A DNA stretch of 62,132 nt, the filler included. It is 7 parts of 7 records of this genome, joined end to end, with 100 filler letters (N's around TTAATTAATTAA, not from the genome) between each part and the next. Parts side by side here need not be neighbours in the genome. Positions count along the whole stretch, not along the records: positions 12,100 to 26,692 come from SRR20825010_2847; positions 26,793 to 35,707 come from SRR20825010_2848; 5 more parts are not named here. One strand, given 5' to 3'. Shown here piece by piece: positions 18,651-27,417 of the stretch. Below the pieces are notes generated by a model. It saw only the letters and a program-made list of their open reading frames with translations. It had not been told where the DNA came from and made no database searches. Positions within the stretch are counted from its first letter, which is position 1, and each line of letters starts with the position of its first letter. The position numbers and the translations under genes are program-made.

Positions 18651-19226
18651 ATGTCTTACGATATACTGAAACAAAACTTAAAGAAACATTTAGATCTGTC
18701 CAATGCGGATCTAGACCTTATTTGTAGTTACTTTAAACCTGCTGGTTTAAAGAAAAAGGAATTTTTATTGACCCAAGGCAGTATCTGTAAAATGGAAGGC
18801 TTTGTATTGGATGGCTGCTTTAGAGTTTTCACCTTCGATAAAAAAGGAAATGAGAACACCCTATATTTTGCCGCCAAGGATTGGTGGCTCATGGATATTG
18901 ATAGTTTTATGAATCAGACCCCGTCCGACCTGAACATACAGGCCTTGGAAGACAGCAAGGTCCTTTTAATTGATAGGCAGGATAAAATGGCGCTCTATGA
19001 ATCGCTTCCCATTGTAGAAAAACTTTTTCGGATAATATTTCAAAAGGGACTGGTTTCGTGGCAAAGGCGGCTAGTGCGCAATCATAGCTTTACTTCTAAA
19101 GAACGATATTTCCATTTTATACAGACTTATCCGGACATCTCCTCCAAACTTATGGATAAACAAATTGCCAGCTATCTGGGGATAAGTCACGAGTTTTTAA
19201 GCAAGATCAAAAAAAATATAAAATAA
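18651..19226 (+). CDS. Crp/Fnr-family transcriptional regulator
   Basis: cNMP-binding fold (FVLDGCFR, IQALEDS) and HTH QIASYLGISHEFLSKI. Confidence 0.92.
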   Translation: MSYDILKQNLKKHLDLSNADLDLICSYFKPAGLKKKEFLLTQGSICKMEGFVLDGCFRVFTFDKKGNENTLYFAAKDWWLMDIDSFMNQTPSDLNIQALEDSKVLLIDRQDKMALYESLPIVEKLFRIIFQKGLVSWQRRLVRNHSFTSKERYFHFIQTYPDISSKLMDKQIASYLGISHEFLSKIKKNIK

Positions 19227-19234
19227 TTTTCCCC

Positions 19235-19252
19235 AGTTGAACTTGTTCAACT
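19235..19252. promoter_or_regulatory. Palindromic operator, probable site of the adjacent Crp/Fnr protein
   Basis: Perfect AGTTGAAC-TT-GTTCAACT between the regulator stop and the next start. Confidence 0.65.
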
Positions 19253-19303
19253 TTTTTGCCATCTTCATTCGGGATATTTGCATTGCATAAAATGTAAATA
19301 ACC

Positions 19304-19798
19304 ATGAAAAATAAAATTCCATTATCAAAAAGTATTACCTTTTTAGTTCTATTAATTCTACTAAGTACAGGGGCGGTTTTTGGGCAATCCCCAACCGACA
19401 TTCCACACGAAGATGCCTTAAAGGCCGTATTGGCCGCTAAGAAAAAAGCGGAACAAATGGATGTGCTGGTAAATATTGCAGTGGTCGATGCAGGAGCTAA
19501 CCTAAAGGCTTTTGTCCGTATGGACGGTTCCTATTTGGGAAGCATAGACGTAGCGATCAAAAAGGCGAAAACGTCGCGCTATTTTGACATCAATACGGGC
19601 GATCTGGGCAAGCTTACCCAACCCGGGGGCATTATTTATAATATTGAACTTTCCAATGACGGACTCGTTACCTTTCCAGGGGGAGTTCCCATAAAAAACG
19701 AAGCTGGAAAAATCATAGGAGCCATTGGGGTTAGTGGTGGTACTATAGAGCAAGATCACGATATTGCCACTGTTGGAGCAATGGCCATCTTGGATTAA
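19304..19798 (+). CDS. GlcG/HbpS-family heme-binding protein with a signal peptide
   Basis: IAVVDAGANL, RMDG, AIKKAKTS, FPGGVPI, GAIGVSGG, QDHDIA. Confidence 0.92.
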   Translation: MKNKIPLSKSITFLVLLILLSTGAVFGQSPTDIPHEDALKAVLAAKKKAEQMDVLVNIAVVDAGANLKAFVRMDGSYLGSIDVAIKKAKTSRYFDINTGDLGKLTQPGGIIYNIELSNDGLVTFPGGVPIKNEAGKIIGAIGVSGGTIEQDHDIATVGAMAILD

Positions 19799-19831
19799 AC
19801 AATCTAATACATTATAAAAAAGCTTAATATC

Positions 19832-21355
19832 ATGAATATCATAAAAATATCCGTCGTTTTCATTGCACTACTGTTGTTCCAAATTAGTTGGTCGCAAAGC
19901 TCAGATGATGTAATGCCTTATTTGCAGGATTTTAAGAGCGTATCCGCTAATAATACGGTTACCATAACCAGTTATGAAAAAGACGGCTCCCATTACGTGT
20001 ATGCAGGCGGCTTTGGAGGGATTGATATCTTCAGCCTAGACAAAGAAGGCAAACTAACGCCCATAGGTACCCAAGAGCTCTATAAACAAGAGGGACCTGC
20101 TAGGGGAATGGTCGCCGGCAGCATTAAGGGTACTGACTTTTTATTTGTAGCCAATAAATACGGTAATGCCATAGAGACATTTAAGATCTTGGATAATGGA
20201 ACCCTGGAACAGGTTTCCCTAGCCATGGATACCGATGAAACCCACCTTGGTATTGCCATTACGCTACAAATAGTGCACATGCAAAAGGCGTCCTATCTCT
20301 TTATTGGAGGCCTGGAAGAAACACCCGGCCTAAGTAGTTTTAAAATTCAGCTCGATGGAAAACTGACCCATGTACAATCCATGGCCGATGATGACAAGAT
20401 TTACACGGACGGTATCATTGGGATGTATACCCATAAAATTAAAGGAAAAACATTTTTATATACCGGAGGATTTCAGGACAATGGTGTAAGTAGTTTTAGA
20501 GTGTATGAAAACGGTTCCTTCAAAAATATCAACAATATTGGGGACAATACCACCGATAGGTATTTGACCGGAGCCTACCCGGTGACCGGAGTAAATTTGG
20601 GAGAGAATTATTATGTCATTGTAGGTCATAGACACCATAAGTATTATGAGAGAAATGGTTTTATTAAAAATACGGACTTTGTATACCACGGTGATGGGGT
20701 AAGTGTTTTTAAAATAAACAGAAAAGGAGCTTTGGTACCGCATTTTGTTTTAAAAGATGATGAAAACACCAAGTTGCAAGGGCAAACAAGAATTGAAATT
20801 GTTTCTATAACAGACAAGGAAGCTGTATTGGCAGTAGGTACCAGGGACGATGCCAGTATTCAACTTATCAAATTGGACGAAAACGGAAGGCTGAAACCCT
20901 TAAATTATTTGGAAACCGGGTTCTCCATTTACTACGGTCTAAGATCCCATCAAATAGAGGATGTAAACCTGCTTATTGCGGGCTCCAATAGGTTCGATTT
21001 AAAGAAGGTGGCCACCTACAAGGTTTTGCCCAAAATAGATAGGGGCGAAAAAGTATTAAGGCATATCGTAAACCTAAAGTATAAGGAAGAAGCCTCCAAA
21101 GCGCAAATTGATGAAGCCGTTACCGTTTTTGAAAATCTTAAAAACGAAATCCCAGAAATTGAGAAAATAGAGTGGGGGGTCAACGATAGTAAGGAAGGGG
21201 CCAGCAAAGGTCTGACCCATACTTTCATCCTAACCTTCAAGGACGACCACGCCAGGGAAATTTACCTTTTTCACGAGGCACATATAGCCTTGGTAAATAA
21301 AATAGGCCCCATAATAGCTGATGTTTTGGTGATGGATTATTGGACGGAAGAGTAG
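19832..21355 (+). CDS. Secreted beta-propeller protein with a C-terminal Dabb domain
   Basis: Signal peptide; repeated blades (F.....GxLT); C-terminal LRHIVNLKYK...EWGVNDS.EG..KGLTH.F..TF...R..YL.H.AH. Confidence 0.75.
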   Translation: MNIIKISVVFIALLLFQISWSQSSDDVMPYLQDFKSVSANNTVTITSYEKDGSHYVYAGGFGGIDIFSLDKEGKLTPIGTQELYKQEGPARGMVAGSIKGTDFLFVANKYGNAIETFKILDNGTLEQVSLAMDTDETHLGIAITLQIVHMQKASYLFIGGLEETPGLSSFKIQLDGKLTHVQSMADDDKIYTDGIIGMYTHKIKGKTFLYTGGFQDNGVSSFRVYENGSFKNINNIGDNTTDRYLTGAYPVTGVNLGENYYVIVGHRHHKYYERNGFIKNTDFVYHGDGVSVFKINRKGALVPHFVLKDDENTKLQGQTRIEIVSITDKEAVLAVGTRDDASIQLIKLDENGRLKPLNYLETGFSIYYGLRSHQIEDVNLLIAGSNRFDLKKVATYKVLPKIDRGEKVLRHIVNLKYKEEASKAQIDEAVTVFENLKNEIPEIEKIEWGVNDSKEGASKGLTHTFILTFKDDHAREIYLFHEAHIALVNKIGPIIADVLVMDYWTEE

Positions 21356-21432
21356 TAGTACAAAAAAACAGTCCATTCATTTCCAGTGAACCGCAGCGAG
21401 AATTTGAACAGGAACCTATTAAAAGATTAAAA

Positions 21433-22149
21433 ATGAAAAGTTTACTGAATAAAAAGGCCATTATAACCGGAGGCGGTAGAGGGTTGGGAAAAGCAACTGC
21501 CCTGGCATTTGCCAAAGAGGGCATAGATTTGGCCATTACGGGTAGGAATGAAAAAGTACTAAAGGAAACCGTTGCCGAATTGAAAACCTTTGGTGTTAAG
21601 GCCATCTATTCGGTATTTGATGTAGGTAATTATGAGGAAGTGCAAAAGAGTATCAAAAACATAATAAAGACCTTGGGGACCGTTGATATTTTGGTCAACA
21701 ATGCGGGAATGGCGGCCATAGGCTCGTTCAATGAAATGGAAGTGGGCACGTGGAGTAAAATTATCCAGACCAATCTGATGGGGATGTATTATGTTACCAA
21801 AGAAGTATTGCCCCATCTAATTGCCAAGAATGAAGGGGACATAATTAATGTCTCTTCTACGGCAGGTTTAAACGGAAATGCGAACGTATCGGCCTATTCG
21901 GCATCAAAATTCGCTGTTATAGGTATGTCCGAATCGCTTATGAAGGAAGTGCGCAAAAACAATATTAGGGTAATCACCCTAACGCCGAGTACCATAGAAT
22001 CTGAAATGACCATAGAACTGGGCATGTTAAGCAAAGGCTCTGAAAACGTATTGCAACCGGAAGATTTTGCGGAATTGATCCTAGCCGGTCTAAAACTTCC
22101 AAGAAGGGCAATGCTCAAAAGTGCCGCCTTATGGACTACCAATCCGTAA
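21433..22149 (+). CDS. SDR oxidoreductase (3-ketoacyl-ACP reductase-like)
   Basis: TGGGRGLG, NNAG, YSASK; start MKSLLNK at 21433. Confidence 0.92.
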   Translation: MKSLLNKKAIITGGGRGLGKATALAFAKEGIDLAITGRNEKVLKETVAELKTFGVKAIYSVFDVGNYEEVQKSIKNIIKTLGTVDILVNNAGMAAIGSFNEMEVGTWSKIIQTNLMGMYYVTKEVLPHLIAKNEGDIINVSSTAGLNGNANVSAYSASKFAVIGMSESLMKEVRKNNIRVITLTPSTIESEMTIELGMLSKGSENVLQPEDFAELILAGLKLPRRAMLKSAALWTTNP

Positions 22150-22344
22150 ATAGAAATGAAAGCGGTCCGGAGCACGCGACTATGGAAAGTGCATGGATGT
22201 ATTGAAATATTAAAGTCGCCTAGATTTTTTTGGATTCTTTTTTAGCAGGCTCGTATATCTTCTACAAGAGGTATTTATGAATACTAGGCATTTCATTGAA
22301 GGAAAAAAATAATGACTCCAATAGCTGGATAAACCTTTTTTTTT

Positions 22345-22424
22345 GCGTTAGGGACCGCGGTGGCATCCCCGCAGCAAAGCAAGGGATATAGCCAAGGGCC
22401 CGACCGACGAAGGAGGGAACGCCC
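22345..22424 (+). ncRNA. Structured intergenic element resembling the Flavobacteria repeat/RNA motif (possibly Flavo-1)
   Basis: GCGTTAGGGA...GGCATCCC...GGGATATAGCC...GCCCGACC...GGAACGCCC; terminal GCGTT/AACGC pairing and internal stems; family assignment is from recall only. Confidence 0.5.
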
Positions 22425-22508
22425 AAAGGATTAAGCACAACAACACATCTTACTTGTGCCAGCAAGGGGGCTAGCAAGGGGCTTAAAAAATTAAGACTTT
22501 ATTTGGGC

Positions 22509-25500
22509 TTAGCTGGGTGGCTCCATTTTATTTAAATATGCCATCAAATCCAATACTTCCTCCGTACTAAGGTTGTTCAAGAGCCCTTCTGGCATCATGG
22601 ATTTTTCGGAAACGTCCCTTGTCCTTATCTGGGATTTGTTAATAATAATCGGGTCTTGACCCACTATTCGTAGAGTTATGCTTCTGTTGTTTTCAGCAAT
22701 GACATTTCCGCTATAGCTACGGCCGTCCTGAGTGGTTATGACTACTAGTTTATAGTCTTCCTGTACATCTCCACTTGGGTTTAATATGTTGCTTAACAAA
22801 TAGGTGATATTGGTTCTGTTGGAGCCAGTAAGTTCGGGGCCAATTTTACCACCTTCCCCGTGCAGAATGTGGCATGTGGCGCAGGTATGTTTAAATATTT
22901 CCCTGCCTTTAAGTGGGCTTGCCGTGCTTAGGGCATCGTCCGTCAATATTCCTTGGTATTTTTTGTACTCTACTTGTAAGGTCTGGGATATATCATCAAT
23001 AGGCCCCCAAATTTCCACAAAACCATTTCCCAAAACTGCCCTCAACTGAAGTACTATGTGGGCGGGAATGTCCGATTTGGGTATGATACCCTTTTTTAGG
23101 GCATCTCCTAAAATTTGACCATATATGGGTCGTGAAGCCATCGTCATTATAGCCTCTTCCTTTTCTTTCCTTGTTAGATCTGCATATAGGTTGAACAAAA
23201 CCTTTCCCAATTCCTTACTGTCGTAGGCTGCTATGGCCTTAATGGCCTGCAGTCGCAAATGTGGGTCTTCCAATAGTTTTGGAATCTCATTTTGTAAAGC
23301 TGGATTTTGTTGCGCTGCCAAGCCCTGGATTCCCTTTCTTTTATCTTCCAGTTCTGCCTTCTGATCTTTTATAATGGCCAACATTTTTTTAGATGCTTCC
23401 GCATTCCCAAATTTATGAGCTATTGCATCCGCCATGGAGGATAAAGCGGAATCCTCTTTTAACAATGTATATACTTTGGCCCAATTGGTGGGCTCTTTTA
23501 TATCAATATTCCCTTCCAAGCCGGCCAGCATACCTTGCAATAGTTCCGATTGGACTTCAGATTTTTGCCCTACTGCAACGGTCAATTTTTCCAATTGGTT
23601 CCCATCCACTAGTCGCCTCCCAATTTTTTGAGCAATGGACGGAATTCTACTTTCCATGGCTAGCAACAATGCTTTCTCTGGCTGCTTCGCGACTATTGGC
23701 TCTATACCGAACCATAGCATCAGTGGGATGTTGGGATCGTTTATATCTTCATGAAAACGGACCAAAGATTCAGCAATGGCCCAGCGGTCAATTTCAGCGA
23801 TTCGTTGAAGTGCCGCTGCAAGATAACGGCGAACCACGGCGGAGGATTCATTTTTAGCCATAGCGGTCAACTTATGGATTGCTTTTTGCGAAGGCTGCCC
23901 ATCTTCGACCAAGAACTGGATGGCCCAGCCCCTTACATATTGGTCTCTGTCATCCAGGAGTTGGGTAAGTCTGTCGACGTTGATGCCGTTTGTTATTTGA
24001 AGGGTCCATAGGGCACGTAGTCGGATATCCTCGTTTTTGTGCTGAGCCAATATATCCTTCAGGCGGGAAATTGCTGCACTGTCCAGGGGTTTCCTAGAGG
24101 CTCTGTATTGTAAAATGACCCGTGCTCGTTGTGCATGCCAATTACTTTTGCTCAATTGCAACTCTACTAGTTCTTGATCACTTTTTTTACTGAGGTCATC
24201 AAATCTTCCGGGCCAGTCAACTGCTTGTGACACTGCAGGCATAATTCTATATACCCTGCCCGTATCTTTATTGATCACGGCATCCCCACATATTTCAGCA
24301 TCGTGCCAATCCAGTACATAAAGGTCGCCTGCTGGTCCCACTTCCATGCTAAAGCCTACCCATTGTGCATTGTTTGCCATCATAAAATCTTCCCCGTGAC
24401 TGGCCGTAAAACCTGAGCCCTTAGGTGTTAGGATATCCGAGAGCACGGCATGTTCATGAATATTGGCCATGAAAAGTCGCCCTTGTTGATCTGCAGGAAA
24501 GGCATCTGATTGGTAAATCCTTGCCCCACCGTGTGCCGAGCGATGGCGGTGGTCCACTATAGTTTTAATATCTTCATAGACATATGGATTGAAGTGTTGG
24601 CCGCCCTGCCTGTGATAAATACCACCTTGGATGATGTGGAACATATGGGGGATAACACAGGCAGTAATAAACAACTGTCCCTTGGAATCATAATCGATGC
24701 CCCAAGGGTTACTAAAGCCGTGTGCAACTACCTCAAACCTATCCTTTATGGGATGATAACGCCAGACTCCGCCGTTGATATCTACTCCTTCAGCTTCCAA
24801 TAGGTCGTTTGGAAAAGGATCCCTATGCTTATAGATACGTCCCGCTCCTTTGGGCTTTCTTATTTTGGAAGGGGTTGCAAATCCCTCTAGGCCATAAAGC
24901 CAACCATCCGGACCCCAATGGAAACTGTTGATGGTTTCATGCCGGTCACGAATGCCCCAGCCCGTCAGCAATACTTTTGTGTCCTTTTCGTCTGCCTTAT
25001 CGTCCGCATTTCTATCCGGTACGAAAAGTAGATTTGGTGGAGCGCCTATAAATACCCCACCATGACCGACCGCAATGGCCGATGGGAATGGAATGCCTTC
25101 CATAAATACTTTTTTACTGTCCGCAACACCGTCACGATCGGTATCTTCCAATATCAAAATACGGCTATCCCCTGAACTGGAAAATCCCTCGGATCGGGAC
25201 TCATAGTCCCTATTTTCGGCAATCCACATTCTTCCTTTGTCGTCCCAACAAAACGCCATGGGCTGCGTAATCATTGGTTCGGAGGCAAAGCTGTTCACCG
25301 TATAGCCAGGTTTGATCGCCATTGCTTCCACAGCTTCTTTGGGGCTTAAAAGCTTGGCATCGCGTCCTTCCTGCTTGGCAATGCCCCAAAGCGATGCCGT
25401 ATTGTACATGCCCTTATCACCGACATAATCCCCCCAAAGGTCATCCAACACAATATCATCCAATTCACCTGTATAAGCGACTATCTGGTGTTGGAAAATT

Positions 25501-26402
25501 TTTGTTTCCCCTTTTTTTATGTGCCAATCGCCCAATCGGGCGGGGACCGGGCCTACGCCCAATTGCCCGTCTACTCTCCATGGTTGCGGATAATCCTTAT
25601 TATCTTTATGATCAAAAATTGCAATATGGCCCCAGTGGTCAAGGCCTTTAATTTCCATGCCAACATCTACCCACATGGCTCGTTGCCCATCCGCTTTTTC
25701 GTTCTTTTGTCGGGCGGCATTAATTACTTCACCCTTATTACCTTGTTTCCATGGCATTCTTAAAAAGAGTCCTCCATAATCGAATTGATTGATAGTTAGA
25801 TCGATAAGCGCTTCCCCTTGCCATTCCAATGTCAATAAATATTTTTTGTCCTTTTCCGTAAAGGTCCAGGTCTGTGTTTCTTTTAGGATAGGAGCTTTAG
25901 ATTCATCCAACATATGGTAAACTGTTTTCCATTTCAACTCTTGCCCTTCTGCAATTAGAACTTCTGCTGCTACTCTTTGCCAGTAGCCCCCATCAGGATG
26001 GTGAAAATAATCGCGGCCAATTTTTTTTTGGATATCCTTTGGCTTATCAGGATTGTAAAACCACTTTTTTATTTCCTCAGGTTCGGCCCCAGTACCGTTT
26101 ATGCGGGTAAATCCCCAATAAAGACCGGTCTGGTGTTTATGATGTCCCGGGCTGTATTCTGTAAGTTCTGTATTGGAGCCAGGGGCCAAAATGGGATGGA
26201 TATAGGGACGAAAATTGGGTTTTGTGTTCTGTGTTACCACTGCAGCATTTCCACCTTCCGGAACAATACGTATTTCATTATCGGTCTGTTCAATGTGAAA
26301 ACTGGATTGTTTTACATCGGCTGGAGCTACATCTTTTTCCTTCTTAGGCTTGCATGCCAGGAGACATATAATTCCGATCAGTACTATTAAGATTCTTGGC
26401 AT
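22509..26402 (-). CDS. Lipoprotein fusing a DUF6807/PmoA-like domain, a PVC-type dehydrogenase propeller, HEAT repeats and a cytochrome c
   Basis: Lipobox LLAC; RPYIHP, HKHQTGLYWG, YGGLFLRM; FASEPMITQP, WGPDGWLY, GFSNPWG; heme motif CATCH, IGPELTG, SMMPEGL. Confidence 0.88.
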   Translation of the reverse strand: MPRILIVLIGIICLLACKPKKEKDVAPADVKQSSFHIEQTDNEIRIVPEGGNAAVVTQNTKPNFRPYIHPILAPGSNTELTEYSPGHHKHQTGLYWGFTRINGTGAEPEEIKKWFYNPDKPKDIQKKIGRDYFHHPDGGYWQRVAAEVLIAEGQELKWKTVYHMLDESKAPILKETQTWTFTEKDKKYLLTLEWQGEALIDLTINQFDYGGLFLRMPWKQGNKGEVINAARQKNEKADGQRAMWVDVGMEIKGLDHWGHIAIFDHKDNKDYPQPWRVDGQLGVGPVPARLGDWHIKKGETKIFQHQIVAYTGELDDIVLDDLWGDYVGDKGMYNTASLWGIAKQEGRDAKLLSPKEAVEAMAIKPGYTVNSFASEPMITQPMAFCWDDKGRMWIAENRDYESRSEGFSSSGDSRILILEDTDRDGVADSKKVFMEGIPFPSAIAVGHGGVFIGAPPNLLFVPDRNADDKADEKDTKVLLTGWGIRDRHETINSFHWGPDGWLYGLEGFATPSKIRKPKGAGRIYKHRDPFPNDLLEAEGVDINGGVWRYHPIKDRFEVVAHGFSNPWGIDYDSKGQLFITACVIPHMFHIIQGGIYHRQGGQHFNPYVYEDIKTIVDHRHRSAHGGARIYQSDAFPADQQGRLFMANIHEHAVLSDILTPKGSGFTASHGEDFMMANNAQWVGFSMEVGPAGDLYVLDWHDAEICGDAVINKDTGRVYRIMPAVSQAVDWPGRFDDLSKKSDQELVELQLSKSNWHAQRARVILQYRASRKPLDSAAISRLKDILAQHKNEDIRLRALWTLQITNGINVDRLTQLLDDRDQYVRGWAIQFLVEDGQPSQKAIHKLTAMAKNESSAVVRRYLAAALQRIAEIDRWAIAESLVRFHEDINDPNIPLMLWFGIEPIVAKQPEKALLLAMESRIPSIAQKIGRRLVDGNQLEKLTVAVGQKSEVQSELLQGMLAGLEGNIDIKEPTNWAKVYTLLKEDSALSSMADAIAHKFGNAEASKKMLAIIKDQKAELEDKRKGIQGLAAQQNPALQNEIPKLLEDPHLRLQAIKAIAAYDSKELGKVLFNLYADLTRKEKEEAIMTMASRPIYGQILGDALKKGIIPKSDIPAHIVLQLRAVLGNGFVEIWGPIDDISQTLQVEYKKYQGILTDDALSTASPLKGREIFKHTCATCHILHGEGGKIGPELTGSNRTNITYLLSNILNPSGDVQEDYKLVVITTQDGRSYSGNVIAENNRSITLRIVGQDPIIINKSQIRTRDVSEKSMMPEGLLNNLSTEEVLDLMAYLNKMEPPS

Positions 26403-26692
26403 AGTTTTCTTTTTATGAAATGGTTGGTTTTGAAATGGTCATGCAATTATCCAATTGGATCTTCAAGATATTCAATTTAAGTGGATTAACTAAAATTAGT
26501 AAATGAGTATTGTCCTGTTTATTTTTATAAACCTAGGATTGTTACTGCAATATTTTTGTTGTGGATTAATCTATTAACTGGGAAGTACGGATTACTGCAA
26601 ATTGTGCTATCGTCAATTCAGAAAGTTGACACTCTGAAAAAATAATGTGATTGTAATAGATGCGGAAATAGAAGGCATAAAAAAACGGATTG

Positions 26693-26792
26693 NNNNNNNN
26701 NNNNNNNNNNNNNNNNNNNNNNNNNNNNNNNNNNNNTTAATTAATTAANNNNNNNNNNNNNNNNNNNNNNNNNNNNNNNNNNNNNNNNNNNN
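26693..26792. other. Artificial contig spacer
   Basis: 44 N + TTAATTAATTAA + 44 N. Confidence 0.99.
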
Positions 26793-26879
26793 TGTGTAGG
26801 GTAGGGTCTTAGGACTCTACTCTTTTTTTATGCCTAAAAAGTATCGCTCTTATCACCGATACTTTTTTTAATTTTGGGC

Positions 26880-27413
26880 ATGCGAAAACTCAAAAATGAA
26901 GAACTCGATCGACTGACACTGGAGGAATTCAAAGCAACAGAAAAACTTCCGCTAGTGCTTATTTTAGATAACGTTCGCAGCATGAACAATGTCGGTTCGG
27001 CTTTTCGTACATCAGACGCTTTTGCAATAGAGAAGGTCTACCTCTGTGGCATTACCGCCCAACCTCCGCATAGAGAAATCCACAAAACCGCTTTGGGCGC
27101 TACAGAATCTGTGGATTGGGAACACGCAGAAAACACCTCAACACTTTGCCAAAAACTACAGCAGCAGGGCTACAAAGTACTCGCAGTAGAACAAGCCGAT
27201 AACAGCACCTCCTTAGAGAATTTCAAAATTGAAAAAGGTCAAAAGTATGCCCTCGTTTTTGGAAACGAAGTTTTTGGGGTTGAAGATGAAGTGATTGAAG
27301 TAGCGGATACTTGTTTAGAAATCCCTCAGTTTGGCACTAAACACTCCTTAAACATTTCGGTCAGTATTGGTGTGGTTTTATGGGACTTGACGAGTAAAAT
27401 CAAGTTCGGTTAG
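26880..27413 (+). CDS. SpoU/TrmH-family RNA methyltransferase
   Basis: LDNVRSMNNVGSAFRTSDAF, FGNEVFGV, IPQFGTKHSLNIS; -7 element TAATTTTG at 26869-26876. Confidence 0.93.
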   Translation: MRKLKNEELDRLTLEEFKATEKLPLVLILDNVRSMNNVGSAFRTSDAFAIEKVYLCGITAQPPHREIHKTALGATESVDWEHAENTSTLCQKLQQQGYKVLAVEQADNSTSLENFKIEKGQKYALVFGNEVFGVEDEVIEVADTCLEIPQFGTKHSLNISVSIGVVLWDLTSKIKFG

Positions 27414-27417
27414 GGCA

